Source: Opitutales bacterium
Lineage (GTDB): Bacteria; Verrucomicrobiota; Verrucomicrobiia; Opitutales; PNEW01
Length of the DNA: 32,000 nucleotides
NCBI GenBank assembly: GCA_965219535.1
Contig: CBDCNV010000001.1
Location: 1,650,001 to 1,682,000 of the forward strand
Reading direction: 5' to 3'
Shown here in pieces: positions 25,451-32,000 of this stretch. The translations under genes and the position numbers were made by a program. A model generated the notes under the pieces. That model was given only the letters and a program-made list of their open reading frames with translations. It had not been told where the DNA came from and made no database searches. Numbering within the stretch: the stretch's first letter is position 1; each line of letters starts with the position of its first letter.

Positions 25451-28183
25451 ATGTCTGAAATCGCAAAAGCCTATGATCCTAAACTGGTTGAGCCTAAGTG
25501 GTACCAGGCATGGCTCGATGCGGATGCATTCGGTGGTATACCCGACGAAAAGAAAGAGGCATTTACGATTGTTATTCCCCCGCCAAATGTTACAGGGATG
25601 CTTCACATAGGTCATGTCTTAAATAATACGATCCAGGATATTCTTGTGCGGCGGGCGCGCCAGGAGGGTAAAAAGGCGCTTTGGCTGCCGGGAACAGATC
25701 ATGCGAGTATCGCCACCCACGCCCGTATTGAAAGGGAATTGAGAAAGGAAGGTAAAACCCGCCACGATTTAGGACGCGAGACGTTTCTCAAGCGAGCCTG
25801 GGAATGGAGCGATGAGCATCGTAATATCATTCTTAATCAGTTGAAAAAACTGGGCGCATCGTGTGACTGGAATCGCACCGTCTTTACCATGGATGAGGGT
25901 TACAGCCGCGCGGTATTTACCGCATTTGTCCGTCTCTATGAACGGGGCTATATTTACCGCGGTAAATATATGGGCAAGTGGTGTCCCGTGAGTCTAACTG
26001 CGTTAAGTGATGAAGAGGTCATTATGAAACCGCAGAAGGGCCTTCTCTATAAGATGCGCTATGAGCTCGTAGAAGATCCTGGCAACTATCTTGAAATTTC
26101 TACTACTCGTCCCGAAACACTGATGGGTGATACCGCGGTCGCCGTTCATCCCGAGGACTCCCGTTACAATCAGCTCATTGGCAAACATGTGTGGCGGCCC
26201 TTTCCCCGCGCGGAACTTCCAATTATTGGTGACGAGGTGGTCGATCGCGAGTTTGGCACGGGTGTGCTTAAGGTTACCCCGGCGCACGATGAAATGGATT
26301 TTCAAATCGGTCAGCGCCACAATCTCCCGGTCATTGATGTCTTTAATCCAGACGCGACGCTAAATGATCTCGCGGGAGAAGATTTTAGCGGTGTTGATCG
26401 ATTTGAAGCCCGAAAGATAGCGGTAGAGAAACTGAAAGCATTGGATCTTTTCATTGAGGCGGAAGATTATGAGAATAATGTTGGCTTTTCCGAGAGGACC
26501 GATGTCCCGATAGAACCGCGCATCTCGGATCAATGGTGGATGCGTTATCCAAAAGTTGAGGAGGCTAAATCGGCTCTTGAAAATGGATTGATCAAATTTT
26601 ATCCCTCTCGATGGAGAAAAGTCTATCTTCACTGGCTGAATAATATCAGGGACTGGTGTATTTCACGACAGCTTTGGTGGGGGCATCGTATTCCGGTTTG
26701 GTACAAAAAAGGTGAGGATCGAAATAATTCTGACAACTGGCATGTCTCGATCGACGGCCCCCCCGATCCTGAAAATTGGGATCAGGAAGAGGATATGCTT
26801 GATACCTGGGCTTCATCCTGGCTTTGGCCATTTGCCACAATGGGGTGGCCGGATCCCAATAAAAAAGAAAAAGAGGATCTCAGCTTCTTTTACCCTACGA
26901 ATGATCTTGTTACCGATCCTGGAATTATCTTTTTCTGGGTTGCCCGGATGATTATGGCAGGGCTTGAATTCATGGGCCCAGAAAAGGAAAAACTTTCGCC
27001 TGAAGAGGTAAAACAAAGAATTCCCTTTAGGAACGTTTATTTTACAGGAATTGTTCGCGACTACAAGGGACAAAGAATGTCCAAATCGCTTGGGAATTCG
27101 CCTGATCCAATTGATTTAATTAATAATTATGGTGCCGATGGATTGCGTTTTGGAATCATGAGTGTTGCCCCGAAAGGGCAGGACATTCTTTTCAGTGATG
27201 AGCGCGTAGAACAAGGGCGTAATTTTTGCAATAAACTCTGGAATGCCTGTCGCTTCCGGCAGCTATCCGGCGAGCTCGAGGACAATTCTTCACTGGATAA
27301 TATCCTGTCTCGTTTTGATCCTGACCTGTTTGACGAGTACGATCACTGGATCGTCAATCAACTAATAAAAACAATTCATCAGATTGAAACCGGGTATGAT
27401 AACTATGATTTTAACTTGATGGCCCAGGGGATCTACAACTTCTTCTGGAGCGACTATTGTGACTGGTACCTCGAAGTATCTAAGACAAAGCTTAAAAACG
27501 AGTCGCTGCGGGATAATTGCTTAGCGATCCAGGATTTCATCTTGCGGCAAGTTTTACTTACCGCTCACCCATTTATTCCATTTATAACAGAGGAGCTTTG
27601 GCACAATCTAGGGTATGGTAATAAACATTCATTTATCCAAGATTATTGCATTGAAAATAGCTCTCAATTAAGCAATCAGATATTTCAACTAGGAATCGAA
27701 AAAGATACCCACTTAGTTGAAGCGAAAAATGTTGATGAGCTTCAATTATTTATAATGCGCGCACGATTTCTCAAGGCCGAGTACAATGTAGCCAATAAAC
27801 GCGATGTAACATTTTATTACAGTGTGGGGGAGGGTTATGATGAATTAGTTGATAGTAATATTGAAAATATTAAACATCTAGTTGGCGTTTCTAATCTTAT
27901 AGCGTGTGATGAGGCTCCAGAAGGTGCACCCGCAGAAGTCACGCGTATGGGAACCATTTACCTCGATCTCACATCCGCAGTTGACGTCGTCGCTGAAAAA
28001 GAAAGGCTGAACAAAGAACTCATTCGACTGGAAAAACAGATTACTGGATCAGAGGCCCGTTTATCAGATGAAAATTTCCTTAATAAAGCACCGGAAAAAG
28101 TCATTCAGGGAGCCAGAGAACAGCTGGCGACAAATAAAACGAAAAGAGAGGAATTTCAAAAACTTATTAACAATCTGGGTTAA
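25451..28183 (+). CDS. valS: Valine--tRNA ligase
   Basis: PPPNVTGMLHIGH (HIGH motif), RMSKSLGN (KMSKS motif), the editing domain and a C-terminal coiled coil. Length is 910 aa. Confidence 0.95.
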   Translation: MSEIAKAYDPKLVEPKWYQAWLDADAFGGIPDEKKEAFTIVIPPPNVTGMLHIGHVLNNTIQDILVRRARQEGKKALWLPGTDHASIATHARIERELRKEGKTRHDLGRETFLKRAWEWSDEHRNIILNQLKKLGASCDWNRTVFTMDEGYSRAVFTAFVRLYERGYIYRGKYMGKWCPVSLTALSDEEVIMKPQKGLLYKMRYELVEDPGNYLEISTTRPETLMGDTAVAVHPEDSRYNQLIGKHVWRPFPRAELPIIGDEVVDREFGTGVLKVTPAHDEMDFQIGQRHNLPVIDVFNPDATLNDLAGEDFSGVDRFEARKIAVEKLKALDLFIEAEDYENNVGFSERTDVPIEPRISDQWWMRYPKVEEAKSALENGLIKFYPSRWRKVYLHWLNNIRDWCISRQLWWGHRIPVWYKKGEDRNNSDNWHVSIDGPPDPENWDQEEDMLDTWASSWLWPFATMGWPDPNKKEKEDLSFFYPTNDLVTDPGIIFFWVARMIMAGLEFMGPEKEKLSPEEVKQRIPFRNVYFTGIVRDYKGQRMSKSLGNSPDPIDLINNYGADGLRFGIMSVAPKGQDILFSDERVEQGRNFCNKLWNACRFRQLSGELEDNSSLDNILSRFDPDLFDEYDHWIVNQLIKTIHQIETGYDNYDFNLMAQGIYNFFWSDYCDWYLEVSKTKLKNESLRDNCLAIQDFILRQVLLTAHPFIPFITEELWHNLGYGNKHSFIQDYCIENSSQLSNQIFQLGIEKDTHLVEAKNVDELQLFIMRARFLKAEYNVANKRDVTFYYSVGEGYDELVDSNIENIKHLVGVSNLIACDEAPEGAPAEVTRMGTIYLDLTSAVDVVAEKERLNKELIRLEKQITGSEARLSDENFLNKAPEKVIQGAREQLATNKTKREEFQKLINNLG

Positions 28184-28243
28184 GCAATTAACCGAGAAAT
28201 ATTTAATTCACAGACTAAAAGATTAACAAATAAATAAACGATA

Positions 28244-28720
28244 ATGATATTAGACACGATTGATAATATAGACACGATCAAGTATATAAAGCGCAGTCCC
28301 GCGCTCCAGGAAGCATTCGAGTGGTTTAAGAACACGCCCCAAGACATTGAGGAGGGTGAATATGAGTTACGCGGAAAGGATTTATACATCATAGTTACAA
28401 GTTTTGATACTCAACCGCGGGAAGATTGTATTTTCGAATCCCATCGCGTCTATGTTGATGTGCAATTTATGGTTGAGGGCGGGGAGATCATTGATTGGAG
28501 CCCGATTAAATTACTGACTCCACAAGATGAGTACAATGAGGAAGGTGATTATCTCCTTTATCCCGCACCGGAGGAAACACCAACAAGTCTGCAGATGAAA
28601 CCCGGGCGGTTTGTGATTTTTTTCCCGGAGGACGGCCATAGTGTTAAAATTAATGATGGCATTAATATACGGGCAAAAAAGTGGGTTGCGAAAATTTCCC
28701 TGGAGCTCCTCAATCAGTAG
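28244..28720 (+). CDS. YhcH/YjgK/YiaL (DUF386, EbgC-like) family protein
   Basis: A 158-aa cupin-like protein. ESHRVYVDVQFMVEGGE and FFPEDGH match family members as I remember them. Confidence 0.7.
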   Translation: MILDTIDNIDTIKYIKRSPALQEAFEWFKNTPQDIEEGEYELRGKDLYIIVTSFDTQPREDCIFESHRVYVDVQFMVEGGEIIDWSPIKLLTPQDEYNEEGDYLLYPAPEETPTSLQMKPGRFVIFFPEDGHSVKINDGINIRAKKWVAKISLELLNQ

Positions 28721-28741
28721 CAATTAATAACGAATCATTAA

Positions 28742-29755
28742 GTGGATAATGTGCTGGAACAGCACTTATTCTTTCGCATTCCTAATATTTTATACCCGAT
28801 GAATGTTTTTATATACTCAGATGATGTACATGAAAAAGAAAAAAAGATTTTTGAAGAGGCCCTCAAAGATGATGAATTAATATACGGTTGGGATCTGAAT
28901 GATGAGACGAAAGCGAAGGAATTATTTCTAAAAGCGGACGTTGCATTTAGCGGTTCAATACCCGGGGAGTGGCTTACGGAGACCGATCGTCTACAATGGC
29001 TTCAATTGGAGTCTGTCGGCTTTGAACCTTATCAACCATTCGGTAAAGCCGCTTTGGATAAAGGAATATCTATCACCAATCTCAAAGGTTTTTTCGGCAT
29101 CCCGGTAGCGGAAACGGTTTTAGGTGGGATCCTAAGTCTTTATCGGGGGCTTGATAACTTAAGTGCGCTGAGGAAGGTAAAATCGTGGGAGAAACTGGAC
29201 ATTCGGGCAGAGAGTAAGGTGTTGCATGGATCTCAAGTTATCATTCTCGGGAGTGGGTCTATTGCCCTTGAAATCAAAAAATTACTCCAGGCTTTTGAAT
29301 GCAAAGTGACGGTATTTGGAAAAAGCCTGGAAAAAGCAGATATTGTCAGGGTAGAAGAATTGGAGTGTAGACTGCCCGACGTAGATATCGTCATTTGCTG
29401 TCTTCCCCAGACTGATGAGACGATAGGATTATTTAAATCGGAAAGACTTTCTATCTTAAAGAGCGGTGCGCTGTTTGTAAATGTCGGCCGAGGAACGGTA
29501 GTAGATGAAGAAGCCTTGGCTGACGCGCTTACGCAGAAGCGATTAGGGGGAGCCGTTATCGATGTTACAAATGAAGAACCCATTCCCAACGATCATCCCT
29601 TCTGGGATTGCCCGAATATGGTTCTTACGCAGCATACGGGTGGGGGTTCCACTGATGAAGTGGAGGGTAAAATTAATGTATTTCTATCCAATCTCGAGCG
29701 TTTAAAGAATAAAGAAGATCTCCTCAACATTGTAGACTTTGATAAAGGATATTAA
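28742..29755 (+). CDS. D-isomer-specific 2-hydroxyacid dehydrogenase (NAD-binding)
   Basis: ILGSGSIALE (GxGxxG), VNVGRGTVVDEEAL and HTGG motifs. The GTG at 28742 opens the ORF, and the ATG at 28799 (MNVFIYSD) is a plausible alternative start. Confidence 0.8.
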   Translation: MDNVLEQHLFFRIPNILYPMNVFIYSDDVHEKEKKIFEEALKDDELIYGWDLNDETKAKELFLKADVAFSGSIPGEWLTETDRLQWLQLESVGFEPYQPFGKAALDKGISITNLKGFFGIPVAETVLGGILSLYRGLDNLSALRKVKSWEKLDIRAESKVLHGSQVIILGSGSIALEIKKLLQAFECKVTVFGKSLEKADIVRVEELECRLPDVDIVICCLPQTDETIGLFKSERLSILKSGALFVNVGRGTVVDEEALADALTQKRLGGAVIDVTNEEPIPNDHPFWDCPNMVLTQHTGGGSTDEVEGKINVFLSNLERLKNKEDLLNIVDFDKGY

Positions 29756-29757
29756 TT

Positions 29758-30957
29758 ATGCCCAAGATTACAAAAGTTCGCCCGGTAATACTTAGCTCAC
29801 CTTACGCTGATCGTGAACATGATACCGAAGTTCATTGTCACTTGAAACAGGGGTATCGCAGTTGCGGAATGGTAGAAATAACGCTCGATGATGGAACAAT
29901 AGGGTTGGGGGAAGGTTATGTGGCTGTATTTGCTCCCTACATTTTCAAAGAATTAGTGGCTCTCTATACCCCGGCGTTATTAGGCAGGGAGATCATGGAC
30001 TTCAATAATATATACCGTGATTTGTGGAAGACGTCCGGCTATTGGAGTTACCAGGGTGCGGCCAGGCACGCACTTAGCGCTGTTGAGATAGCAATGCACG
30101 ACTGCAGAGCCAAGTATTTGGGGATTCCTGTCTATGAACTATTTGGCGGCGCTTTCAGTAATTCAATTAAAGTATATGGTAGTGGTGGAGATTCTGCAAC
30201 GCCGGCAGGGGGCCTTATTGAATTTGATTATCTGGAAAAATTAAAAATTACGGCTTTTAAAATTCGCGCTCAAACAGACCAGGTGAACAAAGCGGTGTGG
30301 TACCTGAAAGAAGGAAAGAAAAGAGGAATAGAGATCGCGATAGATATGGTGCAAAGCATGTCCATACCCTCAAATTCGGTTTCTGAAGTTGTACAATTTT
30401 TAAATGAAGTTAGATCGCTTTCAGACGGGAAAATACTCTTTCTCGAAGAGGCATTAGGCCCGACGGATGGGGATGGCTTTAAAATGCTCCGCATGAAAGT
30501 TGATACTAAAGTTGCGGGTGGTGAAATAATCACGACAGCCTCTGAACTGAGTAATCAAATTCAAAAGGGGGCCTACGATATCGCACAACCGGATGGAACA
30601 GTGATTGGCGGCATCAGTGAGGTATTAGAGGTCTTTTCTACCGCGAATCGCTATGGATGCCAGGTAATCGTTCACTGTTGGGGTGGTCCAGTGGGAATGA
30701 TGGCAAACTTCCATGCCGCTTTAGCAGGTGGGGGAACAATGGCCGAGTGGCCGATGAAACCGTTTCCTCTTCGTGAAGCGATGGTGGTGGAACCTTGGGA
30801 CATTCAAAATGGGATATTAACGATAGGAAAGACGCCAGGCCTTGGGGTCGCTTTGACTGAGGAAATAGAAAAAGAATTTTCTTTCCGGGAGGATGCAGTT
30901 TATAACTGTGCCGCGGATATGTCCATTGTGCCACCCGATTCTGTATGGGCTGAATAA
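29758..30957 (+). CDS. Enolase-superfamily enzyme (mandelate racemase/muconate lactonizing family, acid-sugar dehydratase-like)
   Basis: The layout of an N-terminal capping domain plus a barrel, with metal-ligand-like positions (IDMVQ, LEEAL, GGE) and HCWGGP, fits MR/MLE members. It starts 2 nt after the dehydrogenase stop. Confidence 0.8.
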   Translation: MPKITKVRPVILSSPYADREHDTEVHCHLKQGYRSCGMVEITLDDGTIGLGEGYVAVFAPYIFKELVALYTPALLGREIMDFNNIYRDLWKTSGYWSYQGAARHALSAVEIAMHDCRAKYLGIPVYELFGGAFSNSIKVYGSGGDSATPAGGLIEFDYLEKLKITAFKIRAQTDQVNKAVWYLKEGKKRGIEIAIDMVQSMSIPSNSVSEVVQFLNEVRSLSDGKILFLEEALGPTDGDGFKMLRMKVDTKVAGGEIITTASELSNQIQKGAYDIAQPDGTVIGGISEVLEVFSTANRYGCQVIVHCWGGPVGMMANFHAALAGGGTMAEWPMKPFPLREAMVVEPWDIQNGILTIGKTPGLGVALTEEIEKEFSFREDAVYNCAADMSIVPPDSVWAE

Positions 30958-30981
30958 AAAATTTAATTCCAACCCCTTTCT

Positions 30982-32000
30982 TTATAGGAGCTTTTTTATT
31001 TCCGTTAAGGTTCTTTGTGTCGCGCCTCGATTGCTCTGATGCCACTTTTTTGCTGCCTTGGTCATCTTTAAGCGTGTCTCTTCCGATTGGAGCAACTCCA
31101 CTGTTACCTTTCTCAATTCCTTCACGTCATTTATTCGTTGCGCTGCTCCGTTCTCAACAAGAATTTCACAAATTTGCCTGAAATTACTTGTTCTGGGGCC
31201 AAAAATAAGTGGCTTACCGAGCGCAGCCGCTTCAACTGGCGTTTGCCCTCCATCGCACGGAGGAAGCGATTTTCCTATGAAAACAAGATCAGCGGTCTGC
31301 GTCAGCAATTTCAATTCTCCCGTCGTATCTGCGACATAAATCATGACTGGTTCTGGCGTCTGCTTGGAAATTGAACGAAAATGAAAGGGAAGTGATTGTA
31401 ATTCGAGCAGGTTTTTAATTTCTCGGTGCCGCTCCGCATGGCGAGGGACAATGAGCAAGCGGCAGTCTATACCTGCATCCAGTGCATCATCAAAAGCTTG
31501 AAGGATAGCTTTTTCTTCACCGGCCCATGTTGAGGAGCCAAGAAAAATAATCATCTCATTCTCAGGATTATTTTTGTCCGGCACAAATCCCATTTCTGTA
31601 ATTAAAGCATCAATCTGTTCGCTATTGAGTTGAGGTTCAATTTCTACATCCAATTTTAAATTTCCCGTCAGGATCAGGTTCTCAGTCTTAGCTCCCAGCG
31701 TTATTAATCTTTCATGATCCTGCTCCGTGGCCGCGAGAATAAGATCGAGTGGTTTTAGTAAAAGGTTGCTGAGGAATGAATATAGAAAGTAGCGGCTGAA
31801 CGAACGATCGGAGATACGCGCATTGATTAAAGCAATAGGGATGCTCCGCTTCATCGCTTGATGGATATGTTCCGGCCACCTTTCCCCTTCCATCAGTAGA
31901 ACAAGGTCAGGTTGAATACGACGCCAGGCAAGGGTGCTGAACAACCAGAAATCAAGTGGGAATATACCTACCGCTGCGGTAGCCGTGAGGTATCGATCAC
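30982..32000 (-). CDS. waaA: 3-deoxy-D-manno-octulosonic acid (Kdo) transferase; N-terminus lies outside the window
   Basis: RIQPDLVLLMEGERWPEHI, INARISDRS and a GGQTPVEAAALGKP block. The reading frame stays open from 31944 to the window edge (..GIFPLDFWLFSTLAWRR..). Confidence 0.85.
   Translation of the reverse strand, partial: DRYLTATAAVGIFPLDFWLFSTLAWRRIQPDLVLLMEGERWPEHIHQAMKRSIPIALINARISDRSFSRYFLYSFLSNLLLKPLDLILAATEQDHERLITLGAKTENLILTGNLKLDVEIEPQLNSEQIDALITEMGFVPDKNNPENEMIIFLGSSTWAGEEKAILQAFDDALDAGIDCRLLIVPRHAERHREIKNLLELQSLPFHFRSISKQTPEPVMIYVADTTGELKLLTQTADLVFIGKSLPPCDGGQTPVEAAALGKPLIFGPRTSNFRQICEILVENGAAQRINDVKELRKVTVELLQSEETRLKMTKAAKKWHQSNRGATQRTLTEIKKLL

Noticed and set aside
28433-28441. 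tRNA T-arm-like string ttcgaatcc
   Set aside because: It lies inside the well-supported YhcH-family CDS, with no acceptor or anticodon stem context. Other ttcgaa occurrences are also inside CDSs.

Overview
This window is mostly a housekeeping chromosomal segment with about 27 protein-coding genes on both strands. Well-supported calls are clpC-type (5' partial), ndk, ispF, ispD, pcm, mazG, trpC, rsmA, a cyclophilin PPIase, glnD, valS and waaA (partial at the 3' edge). There are also a few enzyme clusters and several AT-rich orphan genes. I found no rRNA or tRNA genes, CRISPR array, transposase, integrase, phage genes or recognisable defence genes. I cannot support a claim that a novel multi-gene system is present. 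Start codons generally lack an AGGAGG-type Shine-Dalgarno sequence, which fits an SD-poor lineage; a PVC or Bacteroidota-like origin is only a guess. Five observations deserve a second look. (1) A PhyH-family dioxygenase gene is interrupted by a 64-bp insertion built from two pieces of its own 5' end, and removing it in silico restores one canonical ORF. (2) A TauE/SafE permease gene about 1 kb away is split by a single-base change in an A6/T6 run. (3) A nested inverted-repeat structure lies between the convergent ndk and ispF genes, with a perfect 21-bp GC-rich hairpin core flanked by inverted hexamer-repeat arms. (4) A 16-17 nt motif, GGGA-N2-3-GTAATTACCC, occurs three times and only in intergenic DNA. 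(5) An AT-rich stretch carries two similar membrane-anchored orphan proteins. All functional calls rest on my recognition of family motifs in the supplied translations. No database search was run.
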